Below, in pieces: positions 41,701 through 50,619 of a DNA stretch of 54,187 nucleotides (positions within the stretch are counted from its first letter, which is position 1; each line of letters begins with the position of its first letter). Location: the NCBI GenBank assembly GCA_050012475.1, contig JBEKHC010000023.1, positions 1 through 54,187 on the forward strand, read 5' to 3'. Origin of the DNA: Candidatus Velthaea sp. (lineage in GTDB: Bacteria > Vulcanimicrobiota > Vulcanimicrobiia > Vulcanimicrobiales > Vulcanimicrobiaceae). A model generated the notes under the pieces. It saw nothing but the letters and a program-made list of their open reading frames with translations, did no database searches and was not told where the DNA came from. The position numbers were made by a program, and so were the translations under genes.

Positions 41701-42844
41701 TCGCAAAAAGCCGGCCTTCGGGCCGAGCGCCGACCCAGTGACCTGAACGGCCGACGCGCTGCAGCGCGACGGCGATCGAGCGCGGCGTGCCGAGCTGAAT
41801 CACCAAGTCGACGGCGCCGATATCGATCCCTAGCTCGAGTGAGGCGGTCGCGACGACCGCGCGCAGCGAACCGCTCTTGAGCCGATCCTCGGTTGCAAAG
41901 CGAATCTCGCGGGCCAAGCTGCCGTGGTGCGGCAACACCGCGCCTTCACCCAGCCGCGTGCCCAGCGCGAACGCGACGCGTTCGCTCATCCGCCGGGTGC
42001 CGACGAAGATCAGCGTCGTCTTGTGGGTTTGGACGAGCTGGGCCACGCGGTCGTAGATCTGACCCCACATCTCGCTGCTGGCGACGGCTCCCAGCTCATC
42101 GCCGGGGACCTCGACTGCGAGCGTCATCGCACGGCGATGACCGACATCGACGACCGTCGCCCCCGGCGCGCCGGGACTCAAGAACTGCGCGACCGGCGAC
42201 AGCGGCCGAATCGTCGCCGACAAGCCGATGCGCTGCGGTTTCGCGCCGCCCGCAGCCCGCACGAGCTCGTCCAGGCGTGCGAGCGTCAGCGCGAGATGCG
42301 ATCCGCGCTTGTCGGCGGCGAGTGCGTGAATCTCGTCGACGATGACGGTCTGCACACGCGTGAGCAGCGCGCGCGACTTCTCCGCGGTCAACAGAATGAA
42401 GAGCGACTCGGGCGTCGTCACCAGAATGTGCGGCGGCTTGCGCAGCATGCGCGCGCGCTCGCTCGCCGTGGTGTCGCCCGTGCGCGTCGCGGTGCGGATC
42501 GGTGCGAGCGCCAGGCCGGTTTGCTCGGCTCGGGCGAGCAGTTCGCCCAGCGGCGCTTCGAGATTCTTGCGCACGTCGTTCGTGAGCGCTTTGAGCGGCG
42601 AAACGTAGACGACGAGCGTCGCGTCGGGGAGCGGGCCTGATTGCGCGTCCCGAATCAAGCCGTCGAGTGCGAGCGTAAATGCCGCCAGCGTCTTGCCCGA
42701 ACCGGTTGGTGCCGAAACCAAAACGTCACCGCCCGCTCGAACGAGCGGCCATGCGCGCACTTGGGGTTCGGTCGGCTCGCCGAACCGCTCGGCAAACCAG
42801 CCGGCAACGAGGGGCGAGAAGAAGTCGATCACCGTCTCCAACAC
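38729..42844 (-). CDS. lhr: Long-form Lhr DNA helicase (SF2 core plus winged-helix/glycosylase-like CTD)
   Basis: APTGSGKT, SPLKAL, TTPES, DEIH, SAT, HHGSL, LELGIDIG, QRVGRSGH; CTD WESTVLPARI, RGGRFVAG.GEQFA. Confidence 0.95.
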   Translation of the reverse strand: MLETVIDFFSPLVAGWFAERFGEPTEPQVRAWPLVRAGGDVLVSAPTGSGKTLAAFTLALDGLIRDAQSGPLPDATLVVYVSPLKALTNDVRKNLEAPLGELLARAEQTGLALAPIRTATRTGDTTASERARMLRKPPHILVTTPESLFILLTAEKSRALLTRVQTVIVDEIHALAADKRGSHLALTLARLDELVRAAGGAKPQRIGLSATIRPLSPVAQFLSPGAPGATVVDVGHRRAMTLAVEVPGDELGAVASSEMWGQIYDRVAQLVQTHKTTLIFVGTRRMSERVAFALGTRLGEGAVLPHHGSLAREIRFATEDRLKSGSLRAVVATASLELGIDIGAVDLVIQLGTPRSIAVALQRVGRSGHWVGARPEGRLFATTRDELLECAALVGAMRSGAMDALTIPAAPLDILAQQIVATCATGEWDADGLFAAVRTAYPYRDLARADFDAVVAMLADGVATARGRSGAFLHYDRVNGRLRARRGARMAAITSGGAIPETANYNVVAEPDGQVIGTVDEDFAIESLAGDVFLLGTTSWQIRRVETGVVRVANAHGAPPTIPFWNGEGPGRTVELSREVAALRAAIDERDDAAATALLLAQCGLDAAGAAQAIAYVRAGKAVLRAVPTDTTLIAERFFDEGGGMQLIVHAPFGARINRAWGLALRKKFCRSFDLELQAAATDNGIVLSLTDQHAFPLEIVFEFVKSASVEQTLTQALLTAPMFGARWRWNATRALAILRMRAGRKVAPQLQRMRADDLLAACFPDAAACGENRSGPLQVPDHVLVRETIANCLHEAMDLDGLRTVLQGIESGAIATLAVDTAEPSVFSHEILNANPYAFLDDAPLEERRARAVTLRRTSHVEAGEHGVLDPAAIAEVAETAWPLVRDADELHDALATLTVLPPVTEWEGWFEQLVAQQRATLLDAGGIPFWTCAERLALARVAYPHAGAQPAIAEVASSQPLPETREAAFAEVLRGWLESSGPVTAAELALRFAVDPVLIATALIQLETEGQVLRGRFRGEAEEWCNRRVLARIHRLTLGALRREIEPVSTSDYVRFLFRWQHVAPSTRLHGIDGTLHVIRQLEGYEIPAAAWESTVLPARIAGYRREYLDQLCHAGDVMWGRLSAHPALGAPAGTPVRRIRPTKLAPIALFTRDDAPSLVVRRPFEPSALSHAAREVYAVIEARGAPFFPDIVRLTKRLPAEVEEALWQLVAAGLVTADGFDALRALTDRRRRLGEKGQRARPRSSSGRWTILESDAERIDADAFARRLLLRWGVVFRDIVARETLAPPWRELLVALRRMEARGGIRGGRFVAGYVGEQFALPEAIEALRASRRSGDSEATVEVAAYDPLHVAGKLLPGTMVRPLRSVS

Positions 42845-42880
42845 AACCCGGTTCGCGCCGACGAAGTTGAGGTCCGGATG

Positions 42881-43255
42881 CTATTTGCGCTGGTGAAGGA
42901 TGAACGTGTTGCCTTCCGGATCGCCGGCGAACGCCATGAAACACGCCGGCGTTTCTTCGATCGCTCCGTCGTCCTCGAAGGCCACGCCGCGTTTTTTGAA
43001 CTCCGCGACGGCCGACGCGAGGTCGTCGACGGCGAACATGATCCCGCGCGTCGGCTCGAAGGAACCGTCGGTCATTTTCCAGACCCCGAAAGTCGTTCCG
43101 TCCGTCAACTCGAACTCGGCTCCTTGCGATCCGTAATCGGTTGTGACGCGAAGACCCAAGGTATCGCGGTAGAACGCTTTCGCGCGGTCGGCATCTTGCG
43201 CCAGATAGGTGACGATGTCGATCCCTTTGATGACGGTCAAGCCGGCAGCGGACAT
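42881..43255 (-). CDS. VOC (glyoxalase/bleomycin-resistance) family protein
   Basis: RAKAFYRDTLGL, FAVDDL, GVAF, DPEGN; SD AGGAG. Confidence 0.92.
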   Translation of the reverse strand: MSAAGLTVIKGIDIVTYLAQDADRAKAFYRDTLGLRVTTDYGSQGAEFELTDGTTFGVWKMTDGSFEPTRGIMFAVDDLASAVAEFKKRGVAFEDDGAIEETPACFMAFAGDPEGNTFILHQRK

Positions 43256-43277
43256 GTGAATTCTCCTAACGTGGCGT

Positions 43278-43313
43278 TCGAGCAGCCACCGCTTTTCGAG
43301 CGGCTACCGCTTT
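43278..43313. repeat. 18-bp tandem repeat in the leader of the VOC gene
   Basis: TCGAGCAGCCACCGCTTT / TCGAGCGGCTACCGCTTT. Confidence 0.75.
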
Positions 43314-43389
43314 TTCTGGACCCGGAAACTTCAGCGGACCGTCCGCTTCAGCGACGGGAAAAGTTATAACTCCGGATCCGACAGAGGAA

Positions 43390-43419
43390 AGAATAGCGAA
43401 CACGTGTTCGACTTGTCAA
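43390..43419 (-). promoter_or_regulatory. sigma70 promoter with a LexA (SOS/Cheo) box in the spacer
   Basis: TTGACA(43419-14)-N18-TATTCT(43395-90); the spacer contains the perfect palindrome CGAACACGTGTTCG (43397-43410). Confidence 0.8.
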
Positions 43420-43666
43420 GCAGCCAGCCTTTTTCGGCGAGCCCGGATAGACGGGCTCTCAGGCGGGCTCTGTTGTTGCGCCGTCGACCGAGCGAACCGC
43501 TCCCACCGGTCAGCGTGAAATGGAAGCGTCGATTTCAGGTTGCTACGGGCGAAGCTCTCAGCTTCAGGCGCTATATCGTTAAGCGACGATGAAAATTTGG
43601 GACGCCGCGGCGATCCGCCGCCGCGCGAGGCTGAACGCAATCCCGGCTGCGCGAACGAGGACGGCC

Positions 43667-45682
43667 ATGTCGTCGCGCCGTTGGATCGGAATCGTCCTGA
43701 GCCTCGCACTCGTGGCCGCCGATGTGCCGTGCCCGGCGGCAGCCGGTTTGTCGACCGGTCAGGAAGTCCAGCTGGGCAAGCAAACCGACAAGCAGGTGAC
43801 GGACTCCACCAACGTGGTGACGGATCCGCTGCTCAATGCGTGGGTGACCGGCATTACCGCGAAGCTCTGGGCCCAAGTCGCGCGCAAAGACGTGCCGTAC
43901 AACATCAAGATCTTGGATGTTTCCGACGTGAACGCGTTCTCGACGTTGGGCGGCTACGTGTACGTGAACGAAGGCACGCTGGACTTCGTGCAGTCCGATG
44001 ACGAACTCGCCGGCGTGCTCGGTCACGAGACGGGCCACATCGAACGGCGGCACGCGGTGACCTCGCAAAACAAGGCGTTGTTGGCCAACGTGCTGCTCAT
44101 GGCCGGCTCGCTGTTTTCTCCGTATCTCGAACCGGTAGGTCAATTTCTCGAAGCCGGGGCGCTGGCCAAGATTTCGCGCACCGATGAGAACGAAGCCGAC
44201 AAGTACGGTTTGATGCTGATGGCGCGGGCCGGCTACGATCCCGAGGCGATGGTGTCGTTCATGCAGCATCTGGGCGCCATCGAAACCGAAGATCACGAAT
44301 TCATCGACAAATATCTCGCCGATCACCCCGGCGTCCCGACGCGCGTTTCGCATCTCGTGGGCTATCCCGAACTCGATCCGACGAAGCGGTCCGTCGAGCA
44401 ACGCGAGGCTGCGGCCTTGCACAATCTCGATGAAGCGCGTTACGCCATCGCGGCGCGCGAGTTCGGCGCCATCGTCCGGGCCCATCCCCAGGACACGGTG
44501 GCGATGTATCACCTCGGCGAAGCGCAGCTTGCGCTGGGCCTGACCGCAAAAGGGGAACAGAATCTCGCGCAAGCAGCCGCCGGCGGCACGCCGCAAACGC
44601 GCACGCTGGCCCTGGGCTTGATCCGCGGTCTGCGCGATAGCGAGCGGCGGTTCGTCGTGATGCGGCCGAGCCTGCAGCCGCTGCGCGATGCGGTCGCGCA
44701 AGCGGTGGCGACGAACAAAGCGGCGGCGGACGCCGCGACGCCGCGTCGCAACGCCGCTCGCGACCAACTCAAATCGCTTTCCGCGCGCGTTACCGACATC
44801 CAAAACGAGATGCCCGATCTCTCGCGTCTGCAGCCGCGCCACGGCGGTCAGTTCGACGCGGTCCTGCGCAATCTGTCGACCATGGGCCGAACGCTCGACG
44901 CCGCGGTCGGCAAGGCGCAGGCGACGATCGGCGGCGTGGGGTCGCTCGAGGCGAACAAAGAGGGCGGGTTGTTCAAAGAGAACGCCGATACGCTGGTCGA
45001 TCTGGCGGAACCGCTCAAGCTCGATGCCCCGCCGCCGCAGGCGCTCGCGACGTTGGCTTTTTATCCGCGCATGGTTGCCGACATTACCGACGCCGACGGC
45101 GATCTCACGCGTGCGCTCGACGGATCCGTCAGCTCGCTGACGCTGCTCAACGGAGCGCTCGGCGATCTCGATGCGTTCGTGCGCGCCCTCGCGCGCGTCC
45201 AATTCGGCGGCGGCGACATCCCAATCGACGATTACAAGAAGCTCGAACCGGCGATGACGGCCGCCACAGATTCCCTCAAACGAGCTGCCGATGCCGCCTC
45301 GCAAGCCAATCAGCTGTACATGATGGCCCGCGCGCGCCAGCTGATGGCGCAGATCGACATGCTGGGCCTCGCGTCATCGCCGGACCGCTATGCGACCCTC
45401 CAGAAAGCCATTGCCTTTCGCTGCGGTAACCACTTGCCGACCTACGAAGAACTCTTGCACGAGAACCTGTCGCCGGGTCAGGTGACGGCGGCAGCGATCG
45501 TCGCCGCGGACACCAACGTGACGCCCGAGGCGATCGAGCAGGACGCCGCTTCGGCGAAGCGGTCGATCGTTGACGTCGCGAATGTCCGCGGCATGAGCGC
45601 CGAGGCGCTCGAAATCATGTTGGGCTTGGTCTATCTCGATTACGCCGACGATCCCGATAAGGAAGCGCGCGGGCGCACGTAA
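43667..45682 (+). CDS. M48 family metallopeptidase with TPR and long helical C-terminus
   Basis: Signal peptide; VNAFSTLGG, ELAGVLGHETGH (HExxH), ENEADKYG, AGYDP, DHP; SD GAGGA. Confidence 0.9.
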   Translation: MSSRRWIGIVLSLALVAADVPCPAAAGLSTGQEVQLGKQTDKQVTDSTNVVTDPLLNAWVTGITAKLWAQVARKDVPYNIKILDVSDVNAFSTLGGYVYVNEGTLDFVQSDDELAGVLGHETGHIERRHAVTSQNKALLANVLLMAGSLFSPYLEPVGQFLEAGALAKISRTDENEADKYGLMLMARAGYDPEAMVSFMQHLGAIETEDHEFIDKYLADHPGVPTRVSHLVGYPELDPTKRSVEQREAAALHNLDEARYAIAAREFGAIVRAHPQDTVAMYHLGEAQLALGLTAKGEQNLAQAAAGGTPQTRTLALGLIRGLRDSERRFVVMRPSLQPLRDAVAQAVATNKAAADAATPRRNAARDQLKSLSARVTDIQNEMPDLSRLQPRHGGQFDAVLRNLSTMGRTLDAAVGKAQATIGGVGSLEANKEGGLFKENADTLVDLAEPLKLDAPPPQALATLAFYPRMVADITDADGDLTRALDGSVSSLTLLNGALGDLDAFVRALARVQFGGGDIPIDDYKKLEPAMTAATDSLKRAADAASQANQLYMMARARQLMAQIDMLGLASSPDRYATLQKAIAFRCGNHLPTYEELLHENLSPGQVTAAAIVAADTNVTPEAIEQDAASAKRSIVDVANVRGMSAEALEIMLGLVYLDYADDPDKEARGRT

Positions 45683-46185
45683 CCGAATTGTGTCTGCGGA
45701 GCGACGCCGCGCGCAAGTGTTTGATACACGACGCAATAGCGCTCGGTCAACTTTTTGAGCGTCGCGAGCTGTTCGCCCGTCGCGTCGGTGTCGAGCTCGA
45801 ATGTCAGACGAATCGCCGTGAACCCGACGGGAGCGTCGCGATCGACGCCGAGCGTTCCGCGAAAATCGAGGTCGCCTTCGGCGCGGATCGTTCCGCCGCG
45901 AACCGCGATGCCCGTCGACGTCGCGACGGCGCGCAGCGTCACGCCGGCGCACGCTACGAGCGCTTGAAGCAGCATGTCGCCCGAGCACGCCAGCGTGCCG
46001 TCGCCGCCGGTAGCCGGATGCAGTCCGGCGGTAACGAGCGCGCGGCCGGTTTCGACACTGCAGCTCAGCGCAGCGGGGTCATCGAGGTTTCCCGCTGCGC
46101 TCAAGGTGATCAAAGCAGCAGCGGGATCTTCGCGATAGCGCGTTTTGAGCGGCGCTTGGGCGGCGCGCAACGTGTCGGCATTCAT
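45640..46185 (-). CDS. OsmC family protein
   Basis: LHPATGG, CSGDMLLQALVACAGVT, EGDLDFRG, ERYCVV. Confidence 0.93.
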   Translation of the reverse strand: MNADTLRAAQAPLKTRYREDPAAALITLSAAGNLDDPAALSCSVETGRALVTAGLHPATGGDGTLACSGDMLLQALVACAGVTLRAVATSTGIAVRGGTIRAEGDLDFRGTLGVDRDAPVGFTAIRLTFELDTDATGEQLATLKKLTERYCVVYQTLARGVAPQTQFGYVRPRASLSGSSA

Positions 46186-46227
46186 CGGACGGCGGTTCGC
46201 GGCGTCCGCCGCGATCTCCCAGCGCGG

Positions 46228-47508
46228 CTACGGCGACGCGCGCATCGGCAGCGCAGTCAAACCGCGAATGACGAAGCCGGCGCCGTACGCCGGCGCAGCG
46301 GTATCGTCGGCGAGCCGCAGTCCCGGGAAGCGCCGCGCCAGGCCGTGCAGGGCGACCTGCATTTCCAAGCGCGCCAGCGGTGCGCCCAGACACCAGTGCG
46401 TTCCCAGACCGAAGGTGAGATGCGGATTTGGATCGCGACGCAAATCGAGTTCGTCGGGGCGCGCAAATTTTGCCGGATCGCGATTTGCGCTCGCGTACAT
46501 CAGGCCGACTTTCGTTCCGGCCTGCAGCGCGAAACCGCCGATCTCTGCCTCTTCGAGCACCCAACGTTCGAAGAGCGGCGCGGGCGTGTCGTAGCGCAGC
46601 AACTCATCGACCGCCGTCGCGAACCGCGGCGGAGCTGATTGCGGCGAGCGGGCCGCCTCGACGAGTTCGTCCCAGGCCGGACGATTGCGCATCAGCGCGA
46701 GGACGCCGGCGGTCAGGCCGTTTACGGTTGCTTCGTGACCGGCGTTGAGGAGGAGCATGCACGTGCCGATCAGCTCGTCTTCGCTGATCCGGTCGCCCTG
46801 TTCTTCGACTTGGGTGAGGGCGGTGATGAGATCGTCGCGCGGCGCGCGGCGGCGTGCCGCGACGAGCGAGCGCAAAAGCGCGTCGAAACCAATTACCGCA
46901 TCGTTTGCGGCGCGCTGCTGTTCGGCCGTGTAGTCGAGTTCGTACAGCTTCACGATCGCGGCCGACCAGGGGCGCAACTGGGCGCGATACTCCGGCTCGA
47001 CCCCGAGCAGGTCGGCGATCACCGTTACCGGCAGCGGCTCGGCGAAACCCGTGACGAAGTCGAACGTTTCGCCTGACGCGAGTTCGGCGAGCGTTGCGTC
47101 GACGATCCCCGCAATGCGGGCTCGCAGTTCTTCGACCCGCTTGAGCGTGAACGCTTTGCCGATCAAACTGCGCAGCCGGGTGTGAACGGGCGGCTCGACC
47201 GACAACAGATGGTTGCTGTCAAACCGCTCGAACGCGGCTTGGCGCGCATCGGGCGCGGGCCAACCCAATTCTTCGCGCGAGCGCAGGTGGAGGATCGAGC
47301 GCCCGAAACGGCGGCTCCGCAACACGTTTGCAATGTCGTCGTAGCGTAGAACGAAGACCAAGCTCGCCTGCGGATCGTAAAACACCGGCGTTTGGTCACG
47401 CAGGCGTGCCAGGGTCGGATACGGATCGCGGATGAACGCGCTGTCGCGCAGGTTCAAGGATCGCCGCGGCAGAGCGGCCGGTGGGGGCGGGAGGAGCGAG
47501 CGGTGCAT
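46228..47508 (-). CDS. Cytochrome P450
   Basis: EPPVHTRLR, NAGHEAT, ELLR (ExxR), SANRDP, heme motif FGLGTHWCLG. Confidence 0.95.
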   Translation of the reverse strand: MHRSLLPPPPAALPRRSLNLRDSAFIRDPYPTLARLRDQTPVFYDPQASLVFVLRYDDIANVLRSRRFGRSILHLRSREELGWPAPDARQAAFERFDSNHLLSVEPPVHTRLRSLIGKAFTLKRVEELRARIAGIVDATLAELASGETFDFVTGFAEPLPVTVIADLLGVEPEYRAQLRPWSAAIVKLYELDYTAEQQRAANDAVIGFDALLRSLVAARRRAPRDDLITALTQVEEQGDRISEDELIGTCMLLLNAGHEATVNGLTAGVLALMRNRPAWDELVEAARSPQSAPPRFATAVDELLRYDTPAPLFERWVLEEAEIGGFALQAGTKVGLMYASANRDPAKFARPDELDLRRDPNPHLTFGLGTHWCLGAPLARLEMQVALHGLARRFPGLRLADDTAAPAYGAGFVIRGLTALPMRASP

Positions 47509-47956
47509 CCTGCCCTTGGTTTCGCCGATGGGTCCGCATCTCCGCGCGTAATGGGGTGCAACGCAAGTCGCGTTGTGAGGCCATTCGGAGCCGTGGCAGC
47601 GAAGCGCGCCGCGGGACCCTGACATTCGGACCGTGCCGCGTGTAAGTGCGCTGGCCGCTTGGCCCTGCGTCAAACGCCGACGCAGGGCCGAGTCAGCATC
47701 GATCCATTCGTTCGCGGCGAGCATGCGAAGCGGTCGCCGCGCCAAAGGCGGCTCAGGTGGGGCGCACGCCGGTGCCTTTGCCGCGACTTCACGTCAGTCT
47801 AAACTTCCTCACGAGGTTGCGATCGGTCACCCGAGCTGTGAATTGAGAAGTGGACTCTCGCATCGCGAACGCCGTGGAATCAAAAGAAAAATAGTCGCGC
47901 TGTCACCACGCGACTTCGTTCATTGATTTTTCCATGCAGTTCTCTTTGATCTAATG

Positions 47957-48073
47957 TCAATGATGCGGATGCAGCAATACATCGTCAAACGTTTGGATAA
48001 CCAACCAGGCACGTCCAATGGAAAAAGCAAGAACGGCTAAGCAGACCAGGACGACAGTCAAACCAGTTTCCAT
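47957..48073 (-). CDS. Small (38 aa) single-TM protein
   Basis: METGLTVVLVCLAVLAFSIGRAWLVIQTFDDVLLHPHH; SD-like GGGGGA 6 nt upstream. Confidence 0.4.
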   Translation of the reverse strand: METGLTVVLVCLAVLAFSIGRAWLVIQTFDDVLLHPHH

Positions 48074-48592
48074 ATGCAGTCCCCCTACCGTCTATCAAAA
48101 ACGTACTCTATAGAGTCACACTCGAGTGTGAACGTCTCGTGAACGGAGGCGGCATCGAAAGAGACTCGCAGCAAATTTGCGACGTTTCGGGCTAACTTAA
48201 GAAGTGCTCAAAAATAAGGCGCGCCAAGCGACATCGCTCGGTAAACATTGCGGCGGTGCTCAGCACGCAAGGGAAATGCGTGAGCATTCGTTCGCAAGCA
48301 CCGATCTAGACAAGCTGACTCTCTCAAGACTAAGGACGAACGCGCGACCGATCACCTTCGCTCGCTCGGTGAGCAGCACTGCTGCCGGGCACTGCACGGC
48401 TGTAGCAGCGCTCTGCTTACGATCTGTGGGGCGTTAAGACGACGAAGGAGGGCAGGCGCTACGTCTGCTCGTCCCGATCGCAGTGGTTCATGAAGGCCCG
48501 CCAGCGGTGACCGTGCGAAAATGCACGGTGTGAGTGTCGGATGAGGGCGTCCTCCGGTCGATGGTCTGTCGGGCCAAGCGCCTGACAATCTT

Positions 48593-49426
48593 CTAATTTT
48601 GCCCGCTTGGCTGGATGCCAACCGGAACAATCACGCGATCGGGAACGGGCACGCATCTCCACCGAGCAGCGGTAAAAGAGCCGCCTTTGGCAGCCGCGAT
48701 CATTGCGTCATCGAGCACCCGGGAACCGGCACTTTGCTCTATATCGACATTCATTACCGTGCCATAAGGCGAAATGTCAACCAGAACTGATGGCTGTTCA
48801 CCGGCCGACCGCTGGACACTTGAGATCGAAATAGACCCGCTCAAAGCCGCTTTCCGATCAGGCTTGCTGCACGGCTCGGGCAAGGTAATCGGAGTTCCTG
48901 CTGGCCGTCGCCCTGGATACCGTACCTTTAGGCCCAAGAGAAGACTAAACTGTGTCAATTCATCGATGACGACCCGGCCGTTTTTTTCATGCTTCAAGTA
49001 GTGTTTGGTAAACCCGACGTCCTCAAATCCATCGACAAAGAATGCTTCAGATGGATCGCAAACTGTCAGGTTGCCATCCCGATCACGCGTCGTGTCAACC
49101 CACGCGCTCACGACTGATTCATGAGTGGGAAGGGTAAACTCAAAGACGCCGCGATCGCTTTCTCGCTCGTATAGCCCGGTCTGAGTCCGCACGATCAAAT
49201 GCGCGCTGCGTATTCTGCGGTCGTATGGTTTCGTCGGCCAGAAAACAGCGGCAAAGAACGGATCACTATTCGGTGATTCGTAGGGTCTTTTGTCAGCATA
49301 ATAAGCGTAGATGCGGCAGCGAGGCAAGACTTGAGCACCGGCGGTGCCATCTGGAACGTCGGCAGCAGCGACGGTAAAAAGCGTCAGGAACGACATAGCG
49401 AACGCGAGCATTAGTCGTTGGATCAT
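48593..49426 (-). CDS. Secreted protein with C-terminal TonB-like domain
   Basis: Signal peptide; C-terminal VLVDISPYGTVMNVDIEQSAGSRVLDDAMIAAA...FTAA...CVPV. Confidence 0.7.
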   Translation of the reverse strand: MIQRLMLAFAMSFLTLFTVAAADVPDGTAGAQVLPRCRIYAYYADKRPYESPNSDPFFAAVFWPTKPYDRRIRSAHLIVRTQTGLYERESDRGVFEFTLPTHESVVSAWVDTTRDRDGNLTVCDPSEAFFVDGFEDVGFTKHYLKHEKNGRVVIDELTQFSLLLGLKVRYPGRRPAGTPITLPEPCSKPDRKAALSGSISISSVQRSAGEQPSVLVDISPYGTVMNVDIEQSAGSRVLDDAMIAAAKGGSFTAARWRCVPVPDRVIVPVGIQPSGQN

Positions 49427-50136
49427 TGTCCACCACTGGCGTAGACGAAGATTTCGACCAGTTGATTGGCGTCAAATGTGATCGCGCCGCCGCTCGCTGG
49501 AAATGACAACCGTGTGCCTGACGCGTCGAGTTGCCCCTGGATTGGGGTGGTCCAAGCAAAAAGGGAGCCATTGGCTTCGGTACTTGTGAGAAAGTAATGT
49601 CGCGAAGCTGCTGTCGGGTCGGAGGGTATGGTAAGCGTAAGAGCCGGCAGTGAAGTCGCATATTCATTACTCGTGAATGAAAAGCCAAGGTACAGTAACG
49701 ATTTGGTTCCCCCGTGTTAGCGGCTGAGTAAAACGGCGCTTATTCGGCGAAGTCATTTGGCTGTGGAAAACGGCGCGATGTCGATGAGCGGGTGGGACGA
49801 CCTGGAGATCGTAGTTCAGACGCCTGGCGGACGTCAGATGCACCCGTGTAGATGATCCGCTCCTCGATTCCTGCCGCAGGAGGCTAGCTCGAAAGGGTTC
49901 CCTTTCGTGCAACATTGAGTTGACCGCTCATCAGCGCATCTGTAGCCTCCGAGGCAAGCCCTCCATCGCTAACTTTGTTTTTGGCAAGGTGACGCGCCTT
50001 AACGGACCGCAATTCCTACGAAATCATTGAGCCCTGAGCCCGGTGATCGGATGACTAGGATTACGGCGACTACCTTCTCGGGCAGACGACGCGTTACCCT
50101 ACACCAAGGCCTCGAGCGGAAAAAGCTGATCGCAGC

Positions 50137-50520
50137 TTAGCCCCGACCTCTAAGCGCCTGTAAAGCTGGCGCGAGAAGCAGATCCGAGAGCTTGGTGTCG
50201 ATCGAGAACGGCAAGCAATGCCACCACCGCCTCGTCGGGCACACCTGTGAGCCGACACGTTGGTGCGAGCACGCAGTCTGTCGCACAACCTCCCCCACGC
50301 CAATCTCATCGGCCGGGTGCGCGAGCCGAATTCCGCCCAGACGACCTCTCACTGCTGAAACATAGCCGGCCTTGCCAAGCTAGTGAACTACCTTCATGAG
50401 GTGGTTCTGGGATATGTTATAAATGTCGCCATCTCGGATATCGAACACAAATCTCATTCGGTCGTGCACCAAGATACATGAGCGTCCGTAGGAGTAATCG
50501 GAGTAGCGAGTCAGCCGCAT
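50137..50520 (-). pseudogene. nsrR: NsrR/Rrf2-family regulator pseudogene
   Basis: Across several frameshifts: MRLTRYSDYS / LRTLMYLGARP / SISEMA / IYNISQNHLMKVVH*LGKAGYVSAVRGRLGGIRLAHPADEIGVGEVVRQT. Confidence 0.85.
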
Positions 50521-50619
50521 GTTCGACGAATACAGATTTACTTTGCATGGTTACATTGTCACAGTCTACTCGGGGTCTTGGTGGCCGAGGCAATCCTTGA
50601 AGCAAACTCAGAAGCTCAG

